Positions 10,090-20,183 of a DNA stretch of 64,000 bases are shown here, piece after piece; the stretch's first letter is position 1, and each line of letters starts with the position of its first letter. The notes under the pieces were generated by a model that was not told the DNA's origin, did no database searches, and was given only the letters and a program-made list of their open reading frames with translations. The position numbers and the translations under genes were made by a program. This DNA comes from an uncultured Nitrososphaerales archaeon (GTDB lineage Archaea; Thermoproteota; Nitrososphaeria; Nitrososphaerales; Nitrososphaeraceae): NCBI GenBank assembly GCA_963709405.1, contig CAVPXM010000021.1, positions 64,001 to 128,000 of the forward strand, written 5' to 3'.

Positions 10090-10892
10090 TAGTCATAAAG
10101 CTAGGTGGTAGTGTCGTATCAGATAGACTACATCCTAGTACATTTCCAGATCTTAGAGAAATCTGCAAACGCGAAAAGATAGTAGTTGTTCACGGTGGCG
10201 GCAAGGATGTTACGAATATGGCAACTAAACTTGGTAAAGAGCAAAGGTTTATTGTTTCACCGCAGGGAATTAGGAGCAGATATACAGATAAAGAAACAAT
10301 TGAAATATACACTATGGTTATGTGTGGAAAGATTAACAAGATGATCGTGGGGATGCTCTTACGGCATGGTATAAAGGCGATCGGTATATCGGGTATAGAT
10401 GGTGTTACCATTAAAGCAGATCGCAAGAAAAAGCTTGTTATAATAAATGAGAAGGGTAGGAAAATGATAATTGAGGGTGGATATACTGGCAAAATAAGAG
10501 CGATAGATCCATCATTAGTCGATTTACTTGTAGCTGAAGGCTATGTTCCTGTTATATCACCTATCGCCTTAAGTGAAGACTTTGAATTTCTTAACGTAGA
10601 TGGGGATAGGGCAGCTGCTTACATTGCTGCTGGGATTAAGGCCGATAAGATATTGTTCATGACGGATGTCAACGGATTAATCATAAATAACCAAGTGATA
10701 TCAACTTTGACCTTGGAACGAGCCAAGGAGTTGTTGCCTTCTATCGGATTTGGTATGGAAAAAAAGGTTTTGGCTTGCACAGAGGCATTGGAAATGGGCG
10801 TCAATGAGTCTATTATCGGGTCCAGCCTAATTGATAATCCTATCTCCGCATGCCTTTCTCATCAACAGTGTACTGTAATCACTCAAAAATGA
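10086..10892 (+). CDS. lysZ: LysW-aminoadipate/glutamate kinase (ArgB/LysZ)
   Basis: KLGGS, VHGGG and NVDGDRAA motifs. Confidence 0.95.
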   Translation: MIVIKLGGSVVSDRLHPSTFPDLREICKREKIVVVHGGGKDVTNMATKLGKEQRFIVSPQGIRSRYTDKETIEIYTMVMCGKINKMIVGMLLRHGIKAIGISGIDGVTIKADRKKKLVIINEKGRKMIIEGGYTGKIRAIDPSLVDLLVAEGYVPVISPIALSEDFEFLNVDGDRAAAYIAAGIKADKILFMTDVNGLIINNQVISTLTLERAKELLPSIGFGMEKKVLACTEALEMGVNESIIGSSLIDNPISACLSHQQCTVITQK

Positions 10893-12070
10893 ATTCAGAA
10901 GATCGATATATCGGGAATCTTTATCAAAGATTTCCAGTAAATATTTCTCATGGAAAAGGAGCTAGGGTCTGGGATACTGACGGAAGAGAGTACATTGACT
11001 GTATGGCCGGGTATGGCGTAGCACTAGTAGGGCATTGCAACGATAGAGTAGTTCAAGCAATTAAGAACCAAATCGAGAGGCTAATCGTCTGCCATATGTC
11101 GACCTACAATGATACTCGTTTAGAATTTTTGGAAAAAATATCTAAAATTTCTCCAAGCGGGCTTTCGAAGGTAGCGTTCAGCAATAGCGGTGCTGAATCT
11201 GTTGAAGCAGCTTTAAAATTCGCTCGCAAATACACAGGTAAGCCTGGAATAATTGCAATGGTAGGTGGCTACCATGGCAAGACTCTGGGAGCACTATCTG
11301 TTACCTACAACGATAGGTACCGTAAACCATTTATGCCACTTTTAGATTTTGTCAGATTCGTACCTTACAATGATCGATTGAGAATGGATGAAGAAATAGA
11401 TGACTCAATAGGAACAGTGATAGTGGAACCAATTCAGGGAGAGACAGGAATTATTATACCTCCAGATGGGTTATTACAAAAAATTCGAGAGGTCTGCACA
11501 AGTCGAAAAATAGTTCTAATATTTGATGAAATTCAGTCGGGATTGGGAAGAACTGGCAAAATGTGGGCTGGAGAGCACTGGGATACGATTCCAGATATTA
11601 TGTGTCTGGCTAAGGGTATAGCTGGCGGGATACCAATGGCTCTTACTCTAGCTAAACCGGAAATAATTGATTCGATGAAAATTGGTGAACATTCGTCCAC
11701 TTTCGCTGGTAATCCGGTAGCATGTACGGCTGCATCAGCAGCTATTGATGCATTGGTTGAAGACAGACTAGTAGAAAATGCTGCCAATATTGGAAAATAC
11801 TTTAAGGATGGGTTAGAGAGTTTAAAGGAGAGACATAAAATAGTTAGAGAAGTAAGAGGGTTAGGATTGATGATTGCAATAGAACTTCGTTTTGATGTTA
11901 AGGATGTATTGTTTGACGGCATAAAGAATGGGGTACTAATGCTGTATTCAGGAAGAAATATTATTAGATTACTCCCACCTCTGGTAATAGATGAATCTAT
12001 GGTTTCTGTTGCACTTGAAAGGATAGATACCGTACTAACCAAAGAGGAGCAAAGAAGAAATGTTAGATGA
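10850..12070 (+). CDS. lysJ: class III aminotransferase (ArgD/LysJ)
   Basis: NSGAESVEAALK, EPIQGE, DEIQSGLGRTG and AKGIAGG motifs. Confidence 0.95.
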   Translation: MPFSSTVYCNHSKMNSEDRYIGNLYQRFPVNISHGKGARVWDTDGREYIDCMAGYGVALVGHCNDRVVQAIKNQIERLIVCHMSTYNDTRLEFLEKISKISPSGLSKVAFSNSGAESVEAALKFARKYTGKPGIIAMVGGYHGKTLGALSVTYNDRYRKPFMPLLDFVRFVPYNDRLRMDEEIDDSIGTVIVEPIQGETGIIIPPDGLLQKIREVCTSRKIVLIFDEIQSGLGRTGKMWAGEHWDTIPDIMCLAKGIAGGIPMALTLAKPEIIDSMKIGEHSSTFAGNPVACTAASAAIDALVEDRLVENAANIGKYFKDGLESLKERHKIVREVRGLGLMIAIELRFDVKDVLFDGIKNGVLMLYSGRNIIRLLPPLVIDESMVSVALERIDTVLTKEEQRRNVR

Positions 12071-12485
12071 ACAAGATTCTGTTGATGACAAAATAATAAA
12101 GATCCTGCAAGAGGATTCGAGGAAGTCCTTTGTTGAGATTGCAAACGAAATCGGTTATTCAGAGTCGGCTGTTAGAAGACGAGTAAAGAATTTAACACGA
12201 AATGGGATTATAAAAAAGTTTACGATTGCAACTCAAAGTGGCGATAAAACAAGTGCAATAGCATTAATCTCGGTCAGTTCAACATCTGATACATCTGCAG
12301 TTTCAGCTAATTTGATGAAGCTAACTGGTGTTCAAACTATCTACGAAATTACTGGCCAATACGATATAGCAGCTATAATCTCATCCCCGTCAATAGCCGA
12401 AATTAATAGATGTATAGACGATGTTCGTAGGACAGACGGAGTCGCAGATACTAATACTGTTATAATCCTTAGGACTATACGTTAA
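12060..12485 (+). CDS. lysM: Lrp/AsnC regulator LysM
   Basis: Lrp HTH (DSRKSFVEIANEIGYSESAVRRRV) plus ITGQYD; lies inside the lys cluster. Confidence 0.88.
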   Translation: MLDEQDSVDDKIIKILQEDSRKSFVEIANEIGYSESAVRRRVKNLTRNGIIKKFTIATQSGDKTSAIALISVSSTSDTSAVSANLMKLTGVQTIYEITGQYDIAAIISSPSIAEINRCIDDVRRTDGVADTNTVIILRTIR

Positions 12486-12610
12486 TTTATTCGCCATTGA
12501 CATGAGATCACCAAGATCTTCCTCTAAATGGAATTTTCCTTTTCATCTCATGCTAATAAGTATCATATGCTCTAATAGGTTGCGATAAGATTTATATCTC
12601 ATACGAAAAT

Positions 12611-13840
12611 ATGTTTCATGAAGGAAGAATGTCGCTAAAACCGTCGGATCCCAATCATTATGCGTATATTTATAATGAATCAGATAAGGAACGTTCCAAT
12701 ATTCAAATACTCGACTCGACACTTAGAGAAGGTGAACAGCATCCTGGCGTCTCGTTTACTACAAAGCAAAGGATTCAGATTGCATGGATGCTCGATTCCT
12801 TTGGTGTCGATCAGATCGAGATAAGTCCGGTGGTTTCGTCTGATCACCTTGTTTCTACAAAGACGATAATAAAGCAGGGTTTAAGTGCAGATATCCTGGC
12901 TCACGTTAGAGCAACAAGATCTGATATTGACGTAGCGATCAGCTGTGATGCCACATGGGTAGCTACATACATGGGGATTTCCGATATTCATCTATCCTCA
13001 AAACTAAAAATATCAAGGGAAGAAGCAAAAATTAGGGCTCTAGATGTTGCTGACTACATAAAGTCGCATGGTTTAAAGGCTCGCTTCACTATGGAGGACG
13101 CTAGTCGAACAGATCCTTCATTTCTAATTGATATGTGTAAAGAAATGAACAATCGAAAGATTGAAAGAATTAGCCTTCCAGATACAGTCGGCATTATGCG
13201 ACCAAGGGGCATGTATAATCTTGTCAATCGCGTTTATGAAAGTATTGATAAGTCGAAAAGCCTACTTGACGTTCATTGTCACAATGATTTGGGACTTGCA
13301 TTAGCAAATGCTTTGGCGGGGTGTGATGCAGGGGCAAATCAAATACACACTACAATTGATGGACTAGGAGAACGAACAGGGATTCCGTCGTTGGCTGAAA
13401 CCGCAGTTGCCTTAATGCTTATTTACAGATCTAATAATGATCTCAGATTACACATGTTGAAGGATTTGTCAAGGACTATTTCACAGTACACAGGATTGGA
13501 GATTCCCGAGTCAAAACCAATCGTTGGGGATAGCGCATATAAACACAAAGCAGGCACTCATCTTCCAGCGGTCTTACGAGATCCATCTGCATACGAAATT
13601 ATAAAACCAGAAACAGTTGGCAATAGGAGAAAGATAGTATTTGGTGAGCTTGCAGGAAAAAATGGAGCAGCCTATCTTTTATCTTTACTCGGACTGGAAA
13701 CAAACATTCATGAAGCTGAAAAATTGGCACGAGGATTGAAGGATCTCAGAATGGGAGACATACTGGAGCTGTACTTAGACGATCGGCTAGAAAGAAAGAT
13801 ACTTAATGATGTATCTCCAAATCTAAAGACTAAGGAGTAA
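12611..13840 (+). CDS. lysS: homocitrate synthase (LeuA family)
   Basis: DSTLREGEQ, HCHNDLG, GLGERTG and HKAGTH motifs; no LeuA regulatory domain; lys-cluster context. Confidence 0.85.
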   Translation: MFHEGRMSLKPSDPNHYAYIYNESDKERSNIQILDSTLREGEQHPGVSFTTKQRIQIAWMLDSFGVDQIEISPVVSSDHLVSTKTIIKQGLSADILAHVRATRSDIDVAISCDATWVATYMGISDIHLSSKLKISREEAKIRALDVADYIKSHGLKARFTMEDASRTDPSFLIDMCKEMNNRKIERISLPDTVGIMRPRGMYNLVNRVYESIDKSKSLLDVHCHNDLGLALANALAGCDAGANQIHTTIDGLGERTGIPSLAETAVALMLIYRSNNDLRLHMLKDLSRTISQYTGLEIPESKPIVGDSAYKHKAGTHLPAVLRDPSAYEIIKPETVGNRRKIVFGELAGKNGAAYLLSLLGLETNIHEAEKLARGLKDLRMGDILELYLDDRLERKILNDVSPNLKTKE

Positions 13841-13850
13841 TTGGTTAAAA

Positions 13851-14018
13851 ATGGTCAAGTGTCCAGAATGCGACGCAGAAATAAAGCCACCATCCGATTC
13901 GATCGAGGGGGAAATAGTGACCTGTCAGGATTGTGGAGCAAGTTATGAACTGGTGAAAGAAGCCACAGAATTTAGCCTTAAACCGGCCCAGACAGTCGGT
14001 GAGGATTGGGGTCAGTGA
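13851..14018 (+). CDS. lysW: amino-group carrier protein LysW, copy 2 (missed by ORF track)
   Basis: Manual translation MVKCPECDAEIKPPSDSIEGEIVTCQDCGASYELVKEATEFSLKPAQTVGEDWGQ*; stop overlaps the GTG of the next gene. Confidence 0.95.
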   Translation: MVKCPECDAEIKPPSDSIEGEIVTCQDCGASYELVKEATEFSLKPAQTVGEDWGQ

Positions 14019-14894
14019 ACGACGAGGCAAAATCTTCATCTCCTCATTTCGCGATTCTATATGACCAAATTAGATGGGAAGAAAAAGCATTATATGAAGC
14101 AGCTAAGAAACGAGGATTTGAACCAGTAAATATTGATTGTAAAAGTCTGTTTGTGGATTTAAATCAAGCAGAATCTCGATATAAGGACTTCACAATCATT
14201 CAGCGGTGTGTAAGTTATTTCAAGAATATTCATTCCACGGCTGCGCTGGAGGGGCTAGGCGCAGTGGTAATTAATCCGCTCAGTACAAATTCAATATGTG
14301 GTAATAAGCTGTATACCCACATGGCCCTTCAAAAAGCAGGCGTGAAGACGCCCAAAGCGATTTCCGCCTTCTCAGGGACATCAGCAATCGCAGCACTTGA
14401 TCAGTTAGGATATCCTGCCATAATAAAGCCAACAATTGGGAGTTGGGGGCGGCTGATCGCCGTTTTGAACGATAGGGAGGGCAGCTAAAGGTGTAATTGA
14501 GCACAGGGAGCATATGTTTCCTTTGTATCAAGTATATTATTTTGAGGAATTCGTAGATCGGCCACCTAGAGATATTAGGGCCATAATTATAGGTGAGAGA
14601 GTAGTCGCCGCTATTTATCGATACTCTGCAAGTGGTGAATGGAAAACAAACATGGCCTTAGGGGCGCATGCCGAAAATTGTCCAATCACCAAAGACCTAG
14701 AAGATATATGTCTTGAGGCGAACAAGGCTGTTAACGGAAAAATTGTTGGGGTCGATTTAATGGAAAGCAAAAAGGACGGGTTTGTGGTTCATGAGGTCAA
14801 TAATACAACTGAATTTAAGAATACTGTGAAGGTGACTGAGATCGATATTCCAGGACAGATGGTGGACTTCGTATCTGAATTAGGAAAGCATTGA
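14015..14894 (+). CDS. lysX: alpha-aminoadipate-LysW ligase LysX, copy 2 (frameshift near 14480)
   Basis: KPTIGSWGR in the first ORF; WKTNMALG and EVNNTTEF in the second. Removing one G from GAGGGCAGCT gives DREAAKGVIEHREHMFP. Confidence 0.9.
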
Positions 14895-14906
14895 GCCAGT
14901 AACAAA

Positions 14907-16025
14907 TTGGTCTCTATCAATTATGCCATCGAATTGCTAAAGATGGCCCTAGAATTGTATACGCCGTCGAGATCCGAATCAGCACTTGCTAATATGCTAA
15001 AGACGAGGTGTACTGAAGAGTTAGGATTTGAACAAACATACGTTGACAGTGTAGGGAATATACTAGCCACTAAAGGCTCTGGGGAACCACGAATTCTCCT
15101 TTGTGGCCATATGGACACCGTTCCTGGCAGGATCCCAGTCAGGATAGATGACGGTTACTTGTACGGAAGAGGAGCATCAGATGCCAAGGCGTCGTTAGTC
15201 TCTATGCTTCTAGCAGCTTCTGAGTTTCCAAAACAGAAAGGCACGATCATTTTTGTCGGTGTAGTAGATGAAGAAGGAAATGCCACAGGAATAAAGAACC
15301 TCGTAGCATCCAGATTACCATTCGACTATGCAATCTTTGGTGAACCTAGTGGTATCAAAAATATTACTATTGCATATAAGGGCAGATTATCAATTAGACT
15401 CACATGCGATGTAGGCAATAGCTCACATGCCAGTGCCCCTTGGTTATCTAAGAATTCCATCGAGGAAATCTATGATTTTTGGACTGGGATAAAATCTGAA
15501 ATATCCAGAATAAGTATATATGAAAATAAAACAAAAACTGTAAGCTGCAGTCTAACAGAAATTGTTGGTGGATCTAGTCACAATGTTACTCCACGAAAAT
15601 CTACTATGACCATTGATATACGTATTCCAGTATCCATAAAATCTCAAGATGTGCTACACCTCATTGATCAAGTTATATGCAAAATTGCGAGTGAAAAGGG
15701 AGTTAAAGCTACTTATAGAATACAGGACCAAACCGAACCCTTTGAAGCGAGCTATTCCTCGGCTTTAGTGAGAGCCATGTCATTATCAATAATTGATGTA
15801 TGTAAAATTCGACCTACGCTTTTGAGGAAAACAGGCACAGGTGATATGAATATTTTAGGTAATGCATTCAAGATTCCTGTAGTGACATACGGGCCTGGCG
15901 AACCTCATGCATCACATACAGCTAATGAACGGGTAAACCTTGAAGAATATGTCACCAGCATAGATGTATTCTCCAGGGCTCTGTTTCATATTTCTAGACT
16001 ACATACCCGAAAAAAACCTACCTAG
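14907..16025 (+). CDS. lysK: LysW-lysine/ornithine hydrolase (M20 family)
   Basis: GHMDTVPG, GRGASDAK, VDEEG and GEP motifs. Confidence 0.92.
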   Translation: MVSINYAIELLKMALELYTPSRSESALANMLKTRCTEELGFEQTYVDSVGNILATKGSGEPRILLCGHMDTVPGRIPVRIDDGYLYGRGASDAKASLVSMLLAASEFPKQKGTIIFVGVVDEEGNATGIKNLVASRLPFDYAIFGEPSGIKNITIAYKGRLSIRLTCDVGNSSHASAPWLSKNSIEEIYDFWTGIKSEISRISIYENKTKTVSCSLTEIVGGSSHNVTPRKSTMTIDIRIPVSIKSQDVLHLIDQVICKIASEKGVKATYRIQDQTEPFEASYSSALVRAMSLSIIDVCKIRPTLLRKTGTGDMNILGNAFKIPVVTYGPGEPHASHTANERVNLEEYVTSIDVFSRALFHISRLHTRKKPT

Positions 16026-16073
16026 TATACAGTCAAACAAGATTTAATTCTAGCCCCTTCATGTCATCGCTAT

Positions 16074-17147
16074 ATGCTTTGGTTTATTGGGTTGGGAATC
16101 AATGGATATCTTGGCCTAAGCGTCCATGCGATAAACATTTTGAAGAAATGTAATAAAATATGGGTAGAAAGGTTCACAAGTGAAATCTCAGAAGAGGATC
16201 TGACTTGCATACGAGCGTTGATAGGTGACACAGGTAAAGAAATAATTACCGTAAAGAGATGGTTCGTAGAGGATGGTCGGCTAATTCTGGAAGAAGCAAA
16301 AAAGAAGGAAGTGGCACTCTTATCATACGGCGATCCCCTTATCGCCACAACACATTTGGAACTATTCATAAGAGCCAAGAGGAATTCCATTGATGTGAGG
16401 GTGATTCATGCGGCATCTGGTTTAACTTCTGTTATTGGCGAAATTGGGCTGCATTTTTATAAATGTGGAAGATGTGTGACCATGATGTCCGAACCTCAAT
16501 CTGGTATAAGTGTATATAATACCATCCATGACAACCTGATGGCGGGTAATCACACTCTAATTTTGACCGAGTATGCCGACAATGATAGTGGCAACCCATC
16601 ATTCCTTGAGCCTAGAAAAGCATTAAAATTCCTGCTTGACATTGAAGGCGATCTAAAATATGGAATTCTGAACACCGAAACCTTTGCCATTATTGCTTCT
16701 AGAATAGGAGCAGAAGATAGGAGAATAGTTTCCGGAAAAATTGAGTCGCTAATCGATATGGACTTTGGTTTGGGACCACATTCTATCGTCATTACTGGTA
16801 AGCTACATTTTACCGAAGAAGATGGGATCATTAATCTTACTCATAATTTAGATGACCCTGTGGACAATACCTTGAAGGCATATAGACTCTCAGTTAAGAT
16901 GATTGAACGTTACGCTCCGAAGGCGAAGATAGCACTGAGAAATTTGAAAAATATTCTAGATGGCGAAAGCGATTCCTCTGGTAACAAAGGGATACTGGAA
17001 TCTCTCGATAATGCTGAGCACTATATCTACGATGCAGAGCGATTCCTCGGACAAGGTAAATTAGAACTTGCTGTACTGAGTATAGGCTATGCAGAAGGAT
17101 TGATTGATGCATCAAGATACCAAATGGGTGTAAACCCATGGTCATAA
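16074..17147 (+). CDS. dph5: diphthine synthase with C-terminal DUF357-like domain
   Basis: LWFIGLG, GDPLIATTH and GLHFYKCG motifs; C-terminal helical tail AEHYIYDAERFL..AVLSIGYAEGLID. Confidence 0.9.
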   Translation: MLWFIGLGINGYLGLSVHAINILKKCNKIWVERFTSEISEEDLTCIRALIGDTGKEIITVKRWFVEDGRLILEEAKKKEVALLSYGDPLIATTHLELFIRAKRNSIDVRVIHAASGLTSVIGEIGLHFYKCGRCVTMMSEPQSGISVYNTIHDNLMAGNHTLILTEYADNDSGNPSFLEPRKALKFLLDIEGDLKYGILNTETFAIIASRIGAEDRRIVSGKIESLIDMDFGLGPHSIVITGKLHFTEEDGIINLTHNLDDPVDNTLKAYRLSVKMIERYAPKAKIALRNLKNILDGESDSSGNKGILESLDNAEHYIYDAERFLGQGKLELAVLSIGYAEGLIDASRYQMGVNPWS

Positions 17148-17269
17148 AGGCAATTATCTGCCCGGTTAATAAGACAGTACGTCAGTACGCCGATATGCAG
17201 CAGATATACTGAACAATTGTTTTGGATGATTTAGGAGAGAATTTGTTACAATCGTTATAGTCATGCGAC

Positions 17270-18757
17270 ATGAATAGTATAAAAATGGCAAGAGTGTCAA
17301 GAGCTGGTGATAACCACATGCAAATACCACCAGATCTAATGCATTTCGTTCAACATGATACATACTCGCTACTGATCAAGGGCAACTCCGGAACAGGTAA
17401 GACCACACTATCCCTAACGATTTTGAAAGCGCTAGAGGTCCGAAGTAATTTCTTCTACATATCCACTAGGCTGTCTCCAAGACAACTTTTTGTAAATTAT
17501 CCATGGCTAGATAAATTTGTCGTGCGAGAAAATATAGAAGTTAATGACCTGACAAATCAGCGAACAAGTCTTTCAAGTTTTGAGGATGCTCGTCTTGATG
17601 AACCTGAATCACTATTTGAACGGATTACAAATCAACTGATGGATGTTAAGGCCCCAATCATAATTATTGATAGCTGGGATGCGATAGCTTCATTCATGGA
17701 TACCGAAGCACGATTGAATAATGAAAGAGTTTTGCAAACATGGCGTGAGAGGGCGGGGGCAAAATTGATCTTCACCAGTGAGGATGCAGAAGATAATACA
17801 CTTGACTTTCTTGTAGACGGAATAGTAGAATTAAAACAAAGCGCCTATAGAACCACGAGTGTTAGGCAAATTATCCTTTCGAAATTGCGAGGGATTAAGA
17901 TAAATCGATCTTCTTATATTTTCACGCTTAATAATGGTATATTCCAAAGCTATAAGCATTATGATCCTTCTGATTTTCTCATTGTCAACCCAGCTACCAA
18001 TGCTGTGGCAAGTAGAAATCGAGTTGAACAGAAGGAATCATCTTTAGGCCTAAAGTCGAGCTCAAAAATAGCGAAAAAATTCACGGGAATCGAATGCGAA
18101 AGTCTGAGGATTCAGTTGTCTACCCAAGCTTTAAAAAATAGACTTGTACTTCTTGAAGTTGATCAAGTCATTTCTCCAAACGTATGTATATCATTTTTAG
18201 CTAAAATTATGTCTCAATTTATCAATAATGACGATAGTGTTATAATTCAACCTTCTTCAGATACTGAACCAAAGGTACTCTTGAATTACCTCCAGCCTTA
18301 CGTATATCAGAAACTAGGAAAAAATCTCCGAATATTTCACCACATGAGTAAAGATCCAGAGATTTCAGAATTCATTGTTGAGTATCGCTTTGAAGATACC
18401 TTCTCTGAAAGATTTAAAAAATTCCAAAACATCGTGTCTAACGTACGAAGTCAGCATAAGAACAGGTTATTGTTGAACCTTGTGATGCTAGAGGACCTCG
18501 GTGAAAGATTAAATGAAGATTCTCGTTTTTCAGAAATCATTTCATACCTAAAACTGAATACTAATCTTTCTGTATTGGTTTCTATTGGGCCAAATAAGCA
18601 TAAAGAAATAATCCGTAAAGTAGATATATATCTGAAACTGAAGATATTAAGCGACACTCTATTTCTACAATCGGTCATCCCAAGTGGACATTGCCATGCC
18701 GTATTGGTACAGAGATCACTTGGGGTTCCAAGGATCAGGTTAGATTGCCTAGTTTAA
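17270..18757 (+). CDS. GvpD-like/KaiC-like P-loop ATPase
   Basis: Walker A GNSGTGKT, Walker B IIIDSWD, LVDGIVEL and SKLRG; degenerate second RecA-like half. Confidence 0.8.
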   Translation: MNSIKMARVSRAGDNHMQIPPDLMHFVQHDTYSLLIKGNSGTGKTTLSLTILKALEVRSNFFYISTRLSPRQLFVNYPWLDKFVVRENIEVNDLTNQRTSLSSFEDARLDEPESLFERITNQLMDVKAPIIIIDSWDAIASFMDTEARLNNERVLQTWRERAGAKLIFTSEDAEDNTLDFLVDGIVELKQSAYRTTSVRQIILSKLRGIKINRSSYIFTLNNGIFQSYKHYDPSDFLIVNPATNAVASRNRVEQKESSLGLKSSSKIAKKFTGIECESLRIQLSTQALKNRLVLLEVDQVISPNVCISFLAKIMSQFINNDDSVIIQPSSDTEPKVLLNYLQPYVYQKLGKNLRIFHHMSKDPEISEFIVEYRFEDTFSERFKKFQNIVSNVRSQHKNRLLLNLVMLEDLGERLNEDSRFSEIISYLKLNTNLSVLVSIGPNKHKEIIRKVDIYLKLKILSDTLFLQSVIPSGHCHAVLVQRSLGVPRIRLDCLV

Positions 18758-18762
18758 ATGCC

Positions 18763-19059
18763 TCAGACGCTTAGACGATAGTATTCCTCAGTAGGATTAT
18801 CTTCAATCCCAACTGGTAGCAACTCCTTCATTTGATCATAATAAGACAGAAATTTGTCTCCTTTTGCTGTAATTCGATACACAATTTTGGTTCCATTGTC
18901 GACTTCCTGAATTAGGCCGCTCTGAAGAAGTGAATCAAGATAGATCTTGCATTGATCATTGCTCAACATGGCCTTGTACATTATTTTTGTTCGGGTCTCT
19001 TCTCTGTTTGCAGATTTAAGAATAGCAGCTATTACCTCGTAACGACTACGATTTTTCAT
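18763..19059 (-). CDS. small archaeal winged-HTH protein (HTH_45 type)
   Basis: RSRYEVIAAIL..TKIMYKAMLS..YRITAKG pattern. Confidence 0.85.
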   Translation of the reverse strand: MKNRSRYEVIAAILKSANREETRTKIMYKAMLSNDQCKIYLDSLLQSGLIQEVDNGTKIVYRITAKGDKFLSYYDQMKELLPVGIEDNPTEEYYRLSV

Positions 19060-19154
19060 TTATGACAATTCAATTAGACCTACATTCCATTTAACATGAG
19101 TGGAACTATCCGATAGAATTATTATAAACGTCGTGAGCACTTTAAAATAGTATT

Positions 19155-19454
19155 TCACAGAAAAAAAGCTGGATCTCTTTTGAATAAACGAGCCAAATCA
19201 TGGTACCTTTCAATCGCTTCTGTTCCCAATTTACTCGTCTTATATATATATCGCTTAGAATTGGGGTGTTCCTGTGTTCTTTCAAGCATCGAACATTCAT
19301 ACAGAAAATCTAGATACTCATTTATTTGCTTCGAATTGAGATTACACCGATACATGACATGCGTTTTTCGAGCACCATCTTTACACATTGAGAGTATAAA
19401 TTCAACAATTTCCAACCATCCTCTATTAGTCCAACCTGTTGACCTTAACGGCAA
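19155..19454 (-). CDS. small archaeal winged-HTH protein (HTH_45 type)
   Basis: RGWLEIVEFIL..KTHVMYRCNLNSKQ..YKTSKLG pattern. Confidence 0.85.
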   Translation of the reverse strand: MPLRSTGWTNRGWLEIVEFILSMCKDGARKTHVMYRCNLNSKQINEYLDFLYECSMLERTQEHPNSKRYIYKTSKLGTEAIERYHDLARLFKRDPAFFL

Positions 19455-19859
19455 TTCTTCTTAAAATAGATCAGATCTTCTTACTATTAATACTAAGCAT
19501 CGTACCTGTTAATTAGCCACTAAGTAACGACAAATCAAAGAAAGCGCGTTAGATTTAATTTATATTGTGGAATTCATCCTCGCCTTAAATACTTATATTA
19601 ATTCAACTAAGTTCACATACTACTTGACTAAAGTTCATTCTAAAACCTCTAAAGCTTCGTCATTTCGGCTTTAAAGCGACCATCTAGTGTGCGAACAGAA
19701 ACTAATATCTTTGATTATTGACTTGCATATCACTATAGTTTAATCTACCGTAGGCCGTTGCATTCCATTGGCTGGTGTAACCATCCAACCGCTAGGTACA
19801 TTTTACTTAAGATCACCATTCCAATACCTTTAAAAAAAGGCGAAATATATACGAATGAT

Positions 19860-19985
19860 ATGGCTGACGAAATATTCATGTTCGCGTTGACTTGTGGTGT
19901 CTTTGTGGTCTTTACGGCTATCTTGTTTGGCTCAAGGGTGAAAAGGAAATCCACGGAAGTAAAGATTGAAGAAAAACACGAGTGA
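19860..19985 (+). CDS. 41-aa single-pass membrane peptide
   Basis: MADEIFMFALTCGVFVVFTAILFGSRVKRKS: hydrophobic helix followed by a basic cluster; TTTAAAA about 25 nt upstream. Confidence 0.55.
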   Translation: MADEIFMFALTCGVFVVFTAILFGSRVKRKSTEVKIEEKHE

Positions 19986-20183
19986 CATATCATCACAAAA
20001 TGGGTACGTGGCCTCTCCATTCATCTCCTTATAACAGTATGCACTGCCGGACAGTTTGTTATGAGCGTAATAGATATTCCTTGTAATAATTGCTAATGAA
20101 TCGTTGCAATAACTACACCAACCACCATTGCAGTATCTAGCGAGAGTTAATTGTTGCGACACAGATAATGAAGAAATCGATTA

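Noticed and set aside
6888-17363. Many short antisense ORFs over the Arg/Lys genes and dph5
   Set aside because: They lie opposite well-supported genes and lack recognisable motifs.
17270-18757. Gas vesicle or circadian clock locus
   Set aside because: No gvpA/gvpN or kaiA/kaiB genes nearby.
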